From positions 39,211 to 103,210 of the IMG/VR virus record IMGVR_UViG_2882837327_000005: DNA of 64,000 nucleotides; one strand, given 5' to 3'. This document shows, piece by piece, positions 1 through 10,416 of the stretch (its first letter is position 1; every line of letters starts with the position of its first letter). Both the position numbers and the translations under genes were made by a program. The notes under the pieces were generated by a model. That model searched no databases, was not told the origin of the DNA, and saw only the letters and a program-made list of their open reading frames with translations. This DNA comes from a virus (lineage: Duplodnaviria; Caudoviricetes).

Positions 1-147
1 GCAGACGCGCCCGCCTACGACCAGAACGCGGGCGGCACCCAGTCCGCGGGCCTGTACAGCTTCAGCGCGCATGCGGGCGGTGCGGGATCTCTGCCTCCGG
101 CCGCCAGGGCCCTGCTGGAGCCGCTGCGCGCGGTCTTCCTGGTATGA
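1..147 (+). CDS. 3' end of a probable head-tail connector protein (partial)
   Basis: Frame open from base 1 (...LPPAARALLEPLRAVFLV*); stop overlaps the next ATG (ATGA). Confidence 0.5.
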   Translation, partial: ADAPAYDQNAGGTQSAGLYSFSAHAGGAGSLPPAARALLEPLRAVFLV

Positions 148-770
148 ACCCCCAGGTTCGAATGGCGCGGCGCATGCTGCGACTTCAGCTGGCGCGCCGC
201 GGCATCCCGGTGCTGATCCGCACCGTGACGCAGTCAGGCGGCGGCATGGACCAGCTGCGGCACCCGCCGGCGGTGGATGGCGCCGTCGTCGACGGTGCCC
301 ACGCCCAGGGCGCGACGACGCTGCGCCTGCGCGCGGCGCGGCTGGATGGTCGCTTCCTGACCGGGGACGAAATCTGGGTGGGCGGCACGCTGCCCTGGCC
401 CCGCGTCAGCGCGGAGACCCCCATCGAGATCAACGGCCAAGTGGAGCTGCCGCTGAGCGTGCCACTGGCGGGCCCGCTGGCGAACGGTGAGACGGTCGTG
501 GGCTTCGGCTTCACCAGCGACCGCCGCACCAAAGGCAATGTCGAAAGCTACCCCCTCCGCCTCATCGATGGGGAGATGATCCTGGCCAGCGATCGCCAGG
601 TGCTGGTGGCAGCCGAGGACTGCCCCAAGCCTCCCGCCCCACAGGACCAGATCTTTTTCACTGAGGATGCGGCGGCCGGGCAGATGGACGGCGTCATCGT
701 CGCCGTGCGCACCAGCGCTGAGTTCGGCTTTGCCATCGGCTACATCATCCAGGCACGGCGGGCAGGCTGA
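144..770 (+). CDS. Probable head-closure/head-tail joining protein
   Basis: 208 aa, coupled to both neighbours, neck-module position. Confidence 0.5.
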   Translation: MNPQVRMARRMLRLQLARRGIPVLIRTVTQSGGGMDQLRHPPAVDGAVVDGAHAQGATTLRLRAARLDGRFLTGDEIWVGGTLPWPRVSAETPIEINGQVELPLSVPLAGPLANGETVVGFGFTSDRRTKGNVESYPLRLIDGEMILASDRQVLVAAEDCPKPPAPQDQIFFTEDAAAGQMDGVIVAVRTSAEFGFAIGYIIQARRAG

Positions 771-1267
771 TGGCGGACGACTTCGCCGTCTCTGTCGGTG
801 CCTTCGTGGCCAAGGCCAAGGAGCGCGGCCGCGTCGCTTTCGTGATGATCGGGCTCGAGGGCCTCAGCCGGGTGCAGGAGCTGACACCGGTGGACACTGG
901 CTGGCTGCGCGCCAACTGGCAGATCCAGCGCGACGGCGAGGAAATGCCGGCCATCCGCGAGGCCCTGCCGGCCGACGGCGAGAAGGCCACCAAAATGCTC
1001 GAGCGCCTGGCGCAGGAGAAAGCCCAGGGCGCTGGCCCGGCCGGGCAGCAGACCCTCGCCGTGCAGGATGCCCAGCTGGGCGAGACGTTGCGCATCGTGA
1101 ACCCGGTCATCTACGCGCGCCCGGTCGAATACGGCCGCGAGATCGAACGCCAGGACGGCAACACCACCAGCGTCAGCGGCGCCGGCATGGTGGCCCAGAC
1201 CGTGGCCGAAATTCCTGCCATCGCCGAGGCGGTCGTGACCGCCATCACCACCGGACAGCGGACATGA
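770..1267 (+). CDS. HK97 gp10-like neck/tail completion protein
   Basis: TPVDTGWLRANW and NPVIYARPVEYG motifs. Confidence 0.75.
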   Translation: MADDFAVSVGAFVAKAKERGRVAFVMIGLEGLSRVQELTPVDTGWLRANWQIQRDGEEMPAIREALPADGEKATKMLERLAQEKAQGAGPAGQQTLAVQDAQLGETLRIVNPVIYARPVEYGREIERQDGNTTSVSGAGMVAQTVAEIPAIAEAVVTAITTGQRT

Positions 1268-1683
1268 GCGATACCCTGCTGCGCATCCAGCGCGCCTTCG
1301 AGAACCGCGTGAAGCTGCTGGCTAATGAGCCGCTGGTGCAGTGGGAAGGCATGGCATTCGAGCCTCGCACGGGCAAGCCGTGGATCTCCACCAGGATGAC
1401 GGGCCGCGACGTCTCGCCCATGGGCAGCTTCCAGGTCACGCCGCACCTCTGGCGCGGCAGCTACACCATCCTGGTCAAGCACCCGGCCGATGAGGGCCTG
1501 CGCCCCGCCTATTCTCGGGCACTGGCCATCCGCGACTTCTTCCCGCGTGGCAGCCCGGACATCGCGGACGGCCCGGTGAAGATCACCATCACCAATGTCG
1601 GGCTGCCGCCTGACTTCGTCACCGCCGGCTGGCGCACTCAGCCCGTGGCCATCAGCTGGTTTTACGAGGAGCCGCCGCAGTGA
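1264..1683 (+). CDS. Tail terminator-like protein
   Basis: ATG at 1264 overlaps upstream stop; 139 aa; precedes the tail tube gene. Confidence 0.6.
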   Translation: MSDTLLRIQRAFENRVKLLANEPLVQWEGMAFEPRTGKPWISTRMTGRDVSPMGSFQVTPHLWRGSYTILVKHPADEGLRPAYSRALAIRDFFPRGSPDIADGPVKITITNVGLPPDFVTAGWRTQPVAISWFYEEPPQ

Positions 1684-1979
1684 TCGTCATGATCAAGAGC
1701 TATTTCCGTGAGGGTCGCTGGAGCTTCTACGAGGGCGAGACCTTCCACGCCGAGGCGATGTGCGACGAACGTGGCATCGCCATGGACGACTTCCAGAAGC
1801 ACGTCGCTCTGGGCGAGGTGGAGGTCACCGAGGACAACGATCCGGCGGCCGACCCGCTGGCCGACGACGTGCTGCTGGCCGTGGCCGGCGCGGCGATCCC
1901 TGGCGTCGCGCCCGAGCGCGATGAAGGCGCCGAACAGCCCCTTGCCGAGGATGCCCCTCCTTCGACCATGACGGAGTGA
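1680..1979 (+). CDS. Hypothetical acidic phage protein
   Basis: 99 aa ORF coupled to upstream stop (GTGA). Confidence 0.5.
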   Translation: MIVMIKSYFREGRWSFYEGETFHAEAMCDERGIAMDDFQKHVALGEVEVTEDNDPAADPLADDVLLAVAGAAIPGVAPERDEGAEQPLAEDAPPSTMTE

Positions 1980-2008
1980 GTGGGGCCGCTTAGCCATAGG
2001 AGATAGGC

Positions 2009-3229
2009 ATGTCGGGCAGTCTGGGTCGCGGTCTGAACCGCCGGATCAGCATCGGTCGCCAGACCGCTCTCAAGACGCGGGCGGCCACCAATGCGGGCGC
2101 GATCCTGCGCCGGATCTCGGCCGAGCCGAACTTCAATATCGACAATTTCACTTCGCCGGAGCTGCTGCTCAGCCAGCAGGTGCGTGAGACGCGCAACGGC
2201 CCTGGCCGCGGTTCCTTCGCCTATTCCAGCACGCTCGCGCCCGGCGCGCAGACGCCCTTCTTCGAGGGCATCCTGCGCAGGCAATTCGCCGTGTCGGGCA
2301 GCACGACCGCGAACACCGGCGTCACGGCCGCTGCTGGGCCTCCGGGCACCTTCACGCGCGCGGCGGGCTCCTGGATCACCGACGGCTTCCGCATCGGCAT
2401 GGTGGTGCGCTTCTCGGGCTTCACCACCACGGCCACGGCGAACAACGCCAGGAACTACCGGATCATCGGCCTCACCGCCACGGTGATGACCGTCGCCGGC
2501 ACGGGGAACGAGACCGTCGCGTCCAAGGCGGCGGGCGACAGCGTGACGGTGGTCGCGGTCGGCAAGAGCACCTTCATCCCGGCCAGCGGTCAGGTGGTGC
2601 CCTACTACACGATCGAGGACTATCAGTCGGATCTCGCGACCCCGACCGTGAAGGTCTACGAGGACGGCGTCGTGCAGACGGTGGGCATCAACATGCCCGC
2701 CACCGGCATGACCCAGTTCAGCGCGCAGATGCTGACCCGGGAGAAGAAGGACGAGGGGCCGAGCCCCTACTTCACCTCGCCCACGGCCGCCAGCACCGTC
2801 GCCAGCGTGGCCGGCAACACCGGCACCGTGCGCCTCAACGGCGCCGATATCGCCATCATCACCTCGCTGAATTTCCAGATTCAGGCCCAGACGGGTGGCG
2901 ATCCGGTCGTGGGGGACAACCGCCTGCCTGACATCTTCAGCGGCCCCGTGAGCGTGCAGGGTTCCGGATCCATGTACCTGCAGAGCGACGCCCTGGTCGG
3001 CATGCAGGCCAATGAGCTGGAGTTCGAGCTGGCGCTCTACCTGAAGAGCGATCCCAGCGTGAACTCGCACTTCATGGCTTTCGTCATGCCGCGCTGTCGC
3101 ATCACCGGCCTGCAGCAGTCGGATGGCCCGATGCAGCTGATGCAGAGCTTCCGCTTCCAGGCGCTCGAGCAGCTCACCGCCGGCGCCTACGAGGCCACCA
3201 CCATCCTGGTCCAGGACAGCTCGCTGTAA
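2009..3229 (+). CDS. Major tail tube protein
   Basis: 406 aa, AGGAG RBS, Thr/Gly-rich, upstream of chaperone and tape measure genes. Confidence 0.8.
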   Translation: MSGSLGRGLNRRISIGRQTALKTRAATNAGAILRRISAEPNFNIDNFTSPELLLSQQVRETRNGPGRGSFAYSSTLAPGAQTPFFEGILRRQFAVSGSTTANTGVTAAAGPPGTFTRAAGSWITDGFRIGMVVRFSGFTTTATANNARNYRIIGLTATVMTVAGTGNETVASKAAGDSVTVVAVGKSTFIPASGQVVPYYTIEDYQSDLATPTVKVYEDGVVQTVGINMPATGMTQFSAQMLTREKKDEGPSPYFTSPTAASTVASVAGNTGTVRLNGADIAIITSLNFQIQAQTGGDPVVGDNRLPDIFSGPVSVQGSGSMYLQSDALVGMQANELEFELALYLKSDPSVNSHFMAFVMPRCRITGLQQSDGPMQLMQSFRFQALEQLTAGAYEATTILVQDSSL

Positions 3230-3272
3230 GGCGAGCTTCCCCCCTTCCCCTGCCCCTACCCCGAGGTTCCTC

Positions 3273-3686
3273 ATGTTCGACCTGAACAAGCTCGACACCC
3301 TGACCGCGTCCGAAGAGGGCCGCTGGTGGCACCCCATCAACCCGAAGACCGGCGCCCAGATGAAGCTGCCCGACGGCCAGACCTTCGGCTTCCTGCTGGT
3401 CGGCGCCGCCGCCGACATCTTCCGGGATTCCGTGCGCCGCGCCACCGAGGCACGCCTGCTCATCGAGCAGTCCAATGCCCGCGTGAGCACGGAGCAGGAA
3501 GACAAACTGATGGCCGAGCATATGGCGCGCTGCACCAAGGCTTGGCCGCCGATGATGGTGGACGGGGTGGAGTTCCCCTGCACCTACGACAACGCGGTGA
3601 AGCTCTGGAGCGACCCCCGCTTCGCGTGGCTGCGGCCGGGCGCGCGCGCCTTCATGCAGAGCGATGCCCATTTTTTTCCCGAGTAA
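3273..3686 (+). CDS. Tail assembly chaperone (gpG-like)
   Basis: 137 aa between tube and tape measure genes; ends at a T7 slippery run. Confidence 0.8.
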   Translation: MFDLNKLDTLTASEEGRWWHPINPKTGAQMKLPDGQTFGFLLVGAAADIFRDSVRRATEARLLIEQSNARVSTEQEDKLMAEHMARCTKAWPPMMVDGVEFPCTYDNAVKLWSDPRFAWLRPGARAFMQSDAHFFPE

Positions 3687-4033
3687 CATCGGCCGCGCGC
3701 CACTGGGGTGAGCGGGCCTTCAAGCTCGAAGCGCCCCAGAAGGCCGGCGGCACCCTGCGCGACCACCTGCTGGCCGCGCAGCGCTCCGGCGCGGCCGTGC
3801 CAGAGCTGGATCTGCCGCCGCCGCCGCCCGAGCTGCATTTCGCGCTCCCTGCATTCCGTGACCTCTGCAACCGGCGCCCCTTCTCCCAGGGCGTGCCGTT
3901 GCCGCTGCCTGCCACCGAGATTCTGGCGTGGAGCCAGCTGACCGGCCAGCGGATGACGCAGCGCGACTTCACACTGGTCACGGTCCTTGACCATGCATGG
4001 CTGAAGGCCATTCGCTCCGAGGAGCCGCACTGA
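3671..4033 (+). CDS. gpT-like extension reached by -1 frameshift
   Basis: T TTT TTT at 3671-3677; -1 frame (FFSRVTSAARHW...) is open to the stop at 4033 that overlaps the tape measure ATG. Confidence 0.75.
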   Translation, partial: FFSRVTSAARHWGERAFKLEAPQKAGGTLRDHLLAAQRSGAAVPELDLPPPPPELHFALPAFRDLCNRRPFSQGVPLPLPATEILAWSQLTGQRMTQRDFTLVTVLDHAWLKAIRSEEPH

Positions 4034-7000
4034 TGCAGGACATTGCCGCGCTCGCCTTTGCGATCGACAGCTCCCAGGCCGTCACGGCGACCCAGGAGCT
4101 GGACAAGCTCACCCGGGGCGCCGGCAGCACCCAGGCCGCCTTCCGGCAGATGGCCGAGACCAGCAACGACAGCAGCAAGGCTCTCCGGGATCTCGCCAGC
4201 CAGGCGCATCTGACCGACAGCATGCTACGCCAGGCGGGCACGGGCCTGGATGCTCTCATCAACCGGATCCAGACGCTCTCCCGCGAGGTCGGCACCTTCC
4301 GCACCACCACCACGGAGCTGACCACCGCCCTGGGCCAGCTGCGCGCCGCGGGCGACCTGTTCGGCACCACGGCCTCGGGCATCGATGAGTTCGTGCGGGC
4401 CAGCCGCCAAATCGGGCTCAACTCCTACGAGACCGTGTCCAGCCTGCAGCGCATCACCCAGGCGCTGGAAGGCACCTCGGTGGCTGGCGAGCGCGCGCGG
4501 CGCGTCCTGCGCGAGTACGGGGTCAATGTGGACGGCCGTTCCCCTGATGACGGAGCGGCGGTGCTGCGCGAATTCGTCCAGGCGATGCGCGGCCGGCGCG
4601 CGGACGGGCTTCGGAATGACGAGGTGTTCGCTGTCCTGGGCCCGCAGAGCATCTCGAGCCTGGCCGCCCTGAACAACGACGCCTATGTCACCTCAGAGCA
4701 GCGCGCCCGGCGCGCCCAGGAGGGCGTCATCAGCCCGCTGACCCTTCGGGTGCGGGGATCGATCTCCGAGCGGGACGCCACCCTCCGCAACCAGATCGCG
4801 GAGCGCGAAGACCTCGAGCGCAACTACGGCGACTTCTGGGAGGATGCGGTCCCGAACTGGCTGGGTGGTGGCGCGGAGCGGCCCTCCGTGCTGCGCCAGC
4901 GCCGCGCATCGGGCCAGACCTCCAACGGCGATGCCTTCCGTATGGAAGTTCAGCCGGATGGTACCGTGCGCTGGCGGCAGGGCAGCTGGGGCCAGGCATT
5001 CCGCGGCGCGGTGCGCAACCAGCTGGGCCTCGGGTCCCAGGTGCGCGGCCCCGACCAGCTGAACGAGGAGATGGAGGCCTACCGGAACAGCGACCTCTAT
5101 GGCGCGGCCCAGTCCGACATCCTGCTGCGCTTCCAGCAGGAGGATGAGGCCAGGCGGGACACCGGATGGCTCAACCGGAACTTCAACTTCGGGGCCGAGG
5201 GCCGCTACTACTGGAACCGCTTCCAGGCTTATCGGGGGCAGTACGCGCCGCGGACCGACATGCGCCGGAACCCAGATCTCCAGCGCACGGTTAACTGGGA
5301 TCTCGACAGCGACACCCTGATCGCCCAGGGCGCCATGACCGATGTGCAGCAGCAACTGCAGCGCATGATGATCCCGGCCCTCCAGGGCTTCGGCAACATC
5401 GACGTCGCGGGCATGGAGCGCATGTCGCCCAGCGCGATCATGGACCGCCTGCGCAGCCGGGATCAGGGGTGGGCCAGTGAAGCCCTGCAGCGCCGGATCG
5501 ACGCCCTCAACAGCAACGCCTTTCAGCGCGACGGCCGCGGCTACGACGACCGGGATATGACCCGCCGCGTGACAGCCGGCGCCGGCAGCCGGAGCGACCT
5601 CTTCGGCCTGGACCCTGCTCGCCTGGGCATCCAGGGCACAGAGGTGCTCACCGACCAGGAGGCGCAGCAAAAAGCCCAGCTCATCGCCCAGGCCGTGCTG
5701 CGCATCCGGCAGCAGTACACTGGTCTGGAGGACCAAGCACGGGCGCTACAAGCGGCAGCCGATGACATCGATCGTGATCAGAGGGCGCGCACCGAGCAGC
5801 GGCAGGCCCAGGCCACACGCAATCTGCGTTTTACGGAAGATCAGCGGTCACGGCTTATCGACGTGAACCCGCAGAATCGCCTCTCGAACATCTACGAGAG
5901 CACCCGGGACCGGGTGATGAATGACACACGGGATCCGGTTCTGGCCAACACCGAGGCGCTGCGTGCACTGACCTCGGCCGTGACCGATCTCGAGCGTGCC
6001 ACCAATGAGGCTTTGCGCAACTCCGCTCTGGGTGTCGTGCGAGCCACGAATGCCTCTAACATGCTTCTGACCGATGCGCCGTATGTGCGGCAGCTGGGCC
6101 TCAGCATCGAGCAGGCGCAAGCATTCCAAGCCGACGCGCGCCAGCGTTTGAACATCTACGCCCCCGGCGCGCCTGTACCTGGAGTTCTTCCGGCGGCCGG
6201 CGCCACAGATGCACTCGGTGACTCAGCCACACGCTACAATGCTATGCCGGGTCGGCCGGCCCTGGGCAGCAGCTATCCCAGGCGGCCAGAAGATGCTGGA
6301 CCTTACGTGTGGGATCCCGAGAGGGGCCGCATGGTAAGTAACCCGTGGCATGCACTGCGTGGGGCCTTGCCGCCTGCCACGGGCCGAATGGCCGACTTCG
6401 GTACCCAAGCTCGGCCGAGTGTAGGGCCACCGCTGCCAACTGCGCCGGGGATGCTCCCGGAAATCAACGTTACCGCCCAAGCAATTGTGCGCCCTGGGGA
6501 AGCCGATCCCCGTGGTGATGTGCGGCAGGCTGCGATTGGTGGCTTCATCGACCCCACCCAGCAAGGCCTCGCATGGCTTTACGGGCGTCAGTATGGTGCT
6601 CGCGCGATGGACTTCAGCGCACGGTCCCAGGCTGAGCGGCTGTCCCAGAACAGCTTGGAAGGCAGCTTTGACAGTTTCCTGAGGGACGCATCGAGCAGCG
6701 AACGCCGTGGCATCATGCAACAGTTCGATCGAACCTTGCTGGACGCCATTCGTGCCTACCGTGAGCAGACTGAGGCACTAACTGCGGCAACTCCCTTGGA
6801 GCGCGAGCTCATTCAAGCACGGCAAAGGCAGCTTCGGGAGGAGACGCAGCTGCGTGGCGCGATGCAGGGCGCGAGTCTGGAAGAACAGCGCGCGCTTCGC
6901 GCTCGACTGGCAGTGCTGGGCATTGGCAGCGCAGAGGGAGGCGGCCTGTACGAGCGCCAGGCCCAATCACGGTCCCAATTTCAGCTGCGCGCAGACCTCA

Positions 7001-7833
7001 CGATGCAGCAGCGGACCTTGGATAACCGGGAGGAGGATGCTGCCCCGTGGTGGTACACCTCCAACAACCGAGAGGCCTATGCCAACCGATCCCGAGCCGT
7101 GCGCACAGCTCGAGAAGCCGGCGGCACCGAGGAAGATATCCTCCGGGCCTCCAACCTCGCCGACCGCGGCTCCGAAATGCAGCGGATGCTGCGCGAGACG
7201 GAGCAGCTACGCCAGGCATTCGTGGGAATGGGCCAAGCCGGCGCCCAAGCCCTGGAGCAGCTCATCCTCCGCGGCGGCAATGCCCGCGAGATCTTCGCGC
7301 AGCTGACCGCACAGGTGGCCAGCACCTTCTTCCGCCAGGCCAGCAGCAAATGGGGCGAGCAGCTGTTCGAGTATGTGGGGGGCAGCATGTTCGGCAGCGG
7401 CTCCTCGGGCAGCCGGGCGCCGGCAGGCGACAGCTCGTCCGGCTCCAGTGGCAGCAGTGGGCTCTGGAGCTTCTTCCGCAGCATCCTGCCCTTCGCCCAG
7501 GGCGGCATGACGGACGGCACGGGTCAGGTCGTCGAGCACGCCACCATGTTCGCCCTACCCAGCGGCGGCCGCGCGCTGGCCGGTGAGGCTGGGGACGGTG
7601 ATGCCATCCTGCCGCTGCGCCGCATGGCCAACGGCAGCCTTGGCGTGGCGTCCTCCGGCGGAGGTGGAGGCGGCGACATCTACGTCAACGTCAACAATCA
7701 CGGGGCTGGCGCGCAGACCTCCCCCGAGCAGGCACGCATGATCTCGAAGGAGATCCGTCGCGCGGTCGCGGAGCAGCAGACCCAACAGATGCTTGAGGAG
7801 CAGCGAGTGGGTGGGATGTTCAACCCGATCTGA
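4033..7833 (+). CDS. Tail tape measure protein
   Basis: ~1266 aa helical Ala/Gln/Arg-rich; N-term MQDIAALAFAIDS; lambda-like C-term FAQGG...LAGEAG..AILPLRR. Confidence 0.9.
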   Translation: MQDIAALAFAIDSSQAVTATQELDKLTRGAGSTQAAFRQMAETSNDSSKALRDLASQAHLTDSMLRQAGTGLDALINRIQTLSREVGTFRTTTTELTTALGQLRAAGDLFGTTASGIDEFVRASRQIGLNSYETVSSLQRITQALEGTSVAGERARRVLREYGVNVDGRSPDDGAAVLREFVQAMRGRRADGLRNDEVFAVLGPQSISSLAALNNDAYVTSEQRARRAQEGVISPLTLRVRGSISERDATLRNQIAEREDLERNYGDFWEDAVPNWLGGGAERPSVLRQRRASGQTSNGDAFRMEVQPDGTVRWRQGSWGQAFRGAVRNQLGLGSQVRGPDQLNEEMEAYRNSDLYGAAQSDILLRFQQEDEARRDTGWLNRNFNFGAEGRYYWNRFQAYRGQYAPRTDMRRNPDLQRTVNWDLDSDTLIAQGAMTDVQQQLQRMMIPALQGFGNIDVAGMERMSPSAIMDRLRSRDQGWASEALQRRIDALNSNAFQRDGRGYDDRDMTRRVTAGAGSRSDLFGLDPARLGIQGTEVLTDQEAQQKAQLIAQAVLRIRQQYTGLEDQARALQAAADDIDRDQRARTEQRQAQATRNLRFTEDQRSRLIDVNPQNRLSNIYESTRDRVMNDTRDPVLANTEALRALTSAVTDLERATNEALRNSALGVVRATNASNMLLTDAPYVRQLGLSIEQAQAFQADARQRLNIYAPGAPVPGVLPAAGATDALGDSATRYNAMPGRPALGSSYPRRPEDAGPYVWDPERGRMVSNPWHALRGALPPATGRMADFGTQARPSVGPPLPTAPGMLPEINVTAQAIVRPGEADPRGDVRQAAIGGFIDPTQQGLAWLYGRQYGARAMDFSARSQAERLSQNSLEGSFDSFLRDASSSERRGIMQQFDRTLLDAIRAYREQTEALTAATPLERELIQARQRQLREETQLRGAMQGASLEEQRALRARLAVLGIGSAEGGGLYERQAQSRSQFQLRADLTMQQRTLDNREEDAAPWWYTSNNREAYANRSRAVRTAREAGGTEEDILRASNLADRGSEMQRMLRETEQLRQAFVGMGQAGAQALEQLILRGGNAREIFAQLTAQVASTFFRQASSKWGEQLFEYVGGSMFGSGSSGSRAPAGDSSSGSSGSSGLWSFFRSILPFAQGGMTDGTGQVVEHATMFALPSGGRALAGEAGDGDAILPLRRMANGSLGVASSGGGGGGDIYVNVNNHGAGAQTSPEQARMISKEIRRAVAEQQTQQMLEEQRVGGMFNPI

Positions 7834-7949
7834 GCGGGGGGTAAGGCGGCGCCCCAAACTGAGCGCCGCCTCGGAAGTCCTGCGACCCCTCCGACCGCAG
7901 GCAAAGGCACCTTACGGTCTGCTATCTTGATTGCAAGCAAGCAAATGTT

Positions 7950-8486
7950 TCAGTTTCTGCGCGGCGTGGGTCTGCCTTGGCGTGTCGCGGCACTGGGAGG
8001 ATCGATTGGCCGGTCCAGCTGAGCGAAAGCTCTGTCATTGGCAGAGGCGGCAGACAGTGCTTCGCTGAAGCCCGCACTGGAAATCGTCCCGTTGTGGGGC
8101 CCTACTTCTAGAATGACACTGCCGCCGCCTCGTAATTCGCGGATGGCCGCTACTGTGAAGGGCTGAGGTGCCATGCACAGCGACTCCTCGAAGCACCTGC
8201 CCGCAAACACCTCACCAGTGCCGACGATCCGCGCCCTCCAGGTCTCAGGCCACTGAATACTGGTGCCGATCAACGCGCCTCCGGGCCGCAGCACTAAGCT
8301 CAGCCAGGCGAAGCCGACATCGCGCACTTCGATCGCGCACGTTTGCCGATCGAGGATGCGATCTTGCCGGCATTCGTGACGCCAAGTTGGGTTTGCGGCA
8401 CCGGTTCGTGGCATGACAGGTTGCGGGGCAGTGGGAACGCAGCCCATGAGAGCCACACAAAGCAGTAATAGATAACGGACCGTCAT
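7950..8486 (-). CDS. Putative lipoprotein (moron, antisense to tail operon)
   Basis: Signal peptide with lipobox LMGC; AT-rich upstream region. Confidence 0.6.
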   Translation of the reverse strand: MTVRYLLLLCVALMGCVPTAPQPVMPRTGAANPTWRHECRQDRILDRQTCAIEVRDVGFAWLSLVLRPGGALIGTSIQWPETWRARIVGTGEVFAGRCFEESLCMAPQPFTVAAIRELRGGGSVILEVGPHNGTISSAGFSEALSAASANDRAFAQLDRPIDPPSAATRQGRPTPRRN

Positions 8487-8636
8487 TCCAACCCTCTTAC
8501 AATTCAGATTTATTTGAGATAAACGTTCTATTGAATTGATAAATTAGATTTATTTTGATATATTATTAGTTGGGCCAGTTAGGTAATTGCCACCCAACTG
8601 GCCCGTTCCTTCCAACATTACTGAAAGGAGCGTCTC

Positions 8637-9389
8637 GTGGAGACCCACGAAACGTATACGCGCGCGCGCCCTACGCGCAAGCGCGAAGGCCCGCTCATGC
8701 CCGGAGACGAGGCCCTGCTCAGGACCTCTGATGGCAAGACCCTCAAGGTCGCTGTCCTCGAGGAAACTGACCTGGTCATCGCGCGGATGCCGCGCCAGGC
8801 CGAGAAGCCGCCCTGCTCCGAAAGGAGACGCGAGACCTCCCGTGAAAACGGGAAGCTCGGCGGCCGCCCCCGCACCGTCAGGGAGCCCACGGCCCCTCTA
8901 CCCGAGGAGCCAGAGGATGAGCCCGCACCCCGAGCCTTCCGGGCCGCTGACGTGCTGCCGGTAACGGACATGCTCCGTGCCGGCGTCTGGGAGACGGAGG
9001 CCCACTCGAACGCGAACTTCGGCGTTCTGGCCATCGTGCCCGGCTTCGACGCCCAGGCCGCCATGCTCGTGACCGACCACCATGTCGGTTCCCGGGCGCG
9101 GCCAGGCGCCATGGTCGGCATCTCCCTCGGCCCTGTCGATGACGGGCAGCTGGTGGTGGTCGAGCGCCGAGACGACCTGCACCGCCGCGAGCTCACGCTC
9201 CGGCTGCTGACGATCGAGAAGGACACCGTCCGTCTCTCGTTCCTCGGCGATGTGCCGCCCCAGGCGGCGCAGCTGGTCTGGCCCCGTGCCGTGACCAATA
9301 ACCTGGTAGCTGGCCTGCCCATCCCCCTGGATGGCGGCGAGCTCCGGATCCTCGGCAGGGTGACCATCACCTCGAGGATCGAGGGATGA
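8637..9389 (+). CDS. Hypothetical protein
   Basis: 250 aa, AAAGGAG RBS before GTG; contains RENGKLGGRPR. Confidence 0.6.
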   Translation: METHETYTRARPTRKREGPLMPGDEALLRTSDGKTLKVAVLEETDLVIARMPRQAEKPPCSERRRETSRENGKLGGRPRTVREPTAPLPEEPEDEPAPRAFRAADVLPVTDMLRAGVWETEAHSNANFGVLAIVPGFDAQAAMLVTDHHVGSRARPGAMVGISLGPVDDGQLVVVERRDDLHRRELTLRLLTIEKDTVRLSFLGDVPPQAAQLVWPRAVTNNLVAGLPIPLDGGELRILGRVTITSRIEG

Positions 9390-9607
9390 CACGCCCGCCT
9401 GCGGCCCGCGAGGGCCTGTGGGCGAGCGCCGCCGGCCCCCGCTTCGTGCAGATGCTGGGCCCACACCCCGACCTTCCCGACATGATCCTGATCTCCTGCG
9501 ACGAGCAGGAACTCACCGTGCCGGCGTCGGCCGTCCACGCGCTGCCGGAAGGCACGCGTGAACTCGTCCGCTGGGCCATGGAGCCCGCGCCCGACTGGGA
9601 CCGTTAA
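9386..9607 (+). CDS. Hypothetical protein
   Basis: 73 aa, coupled (ATGA), followed by a terminator. Confidence 0.55.
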   Translation: MTRPPAAREGLWASAAGPRFVQMLGPHPDLPDMILISCDEQELTVPASAVHALPEGTRELVRWAMEPAPDWDR

Positions 9608-9627
9608 CTCGGCCCCAGACGACAAGA

Positions 9628-9662
9628 AGCCCCTCAGCCAGTGATGGCTGGGGGGCTATTTT
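9628..9662 (+). terminator. Intrinsic terminator
   Basis: AGCCCCTCAGCCA-gtga-TGGCTGGGGGGCT then ATTTT. Confidence 0.7.
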
Positions 9663-9969
9663 GTTGACATTTCTGCCTTATCGTTCTATATTTGTTCCGA
9701 AACAGTCTGCTCTGTTTTCCTCCCCGGATTGGATTCCAGCTGTCGCCCTCGGACGACGCGGCCCTGCATTTTTCACATCATGAAATTTTGCGTGCCGTCC
9801 CAGCGCATCGCGATTTCCGCGATGAATCAACCGCATGCTAACTGCGACATTGAAATGTGAAGGTCGTGCGAGCACATCGCTCGCCCGGCCTCAATTTTGC
9901 TGCGTTATGCGAGCATTGATTTTCCAACGCGGGGATGCACACATGCGCCTCAGAAAGGGAAAAACTAGC

Positions 9970-10203
9970 ATGTCTACGGAGACCAAAGCCGCAACCGTCA
10001 CCTTCAAGGCCGAGTTTGATAGCGAGGCCAACATGTGGTGGGTGTCGGAGTGCTCCTATCCGGGTGTCAACGCCGAGGCGCCCACGCTGGACCGCTTGTA
10101 TAAGAAGGTCCAGGCCGTGGTCGCTGATCTGCGCGAGATCAATGGCGACACCGCGCCTGCCGGCATGATGCAGATGTCGGCGGAGATGCCGATGGCTGCC
10201 TGA
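9970..10203 (+). CDS. DUF1902/HicB-like antitoxin
   Basis: AEFDSEANMWWVSECSYPGVNAEAPTLDRL is a HicB-type N-terminal pattern; adjacent to hicA. Confidence 0.75.
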   Translation: MSTETKAATVTFKAEFDSEANMWWVSECSYPGVNAEAPTLDRLYKKVQAVVADLREINGDTAPAGMMQMSAEMPMAA

Positions 10204-10216
10204 TAGGCCGCCGCCA

Positions 10217-10411
10217 ATGGCGAGCTATGATCGGCAGATCGAGAAGCTTCTAAAGGACGCTGGATGTCAGTTCGAGCGTCCCGGAAAAGGAAGCCACAGC
10301 ATTTGGCGTAATCCCGCCACCAACCAGACCTTCGCCGTTTCCCATGACGTCAAAACCAAGGGAACGGCAAACAAGATCCTGAAGGACGCTGGCCTGCCCA
10401 AGGCCTTCTGA
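10217..10411 (+). CDS. hicA: HicA family mRNA interferase toxin
   Basis: 64 aa; GKGSH motif; C-term TANKILKDAGL. Confidence 0.9.
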   Translation: MASYDRQIEKLLKDAGCQFERPGKGSHSIWRNPATNQTFAVSHDVKTKGTANKILKDAGLPKAF

Positions 10412-10416
10412 CCCAG

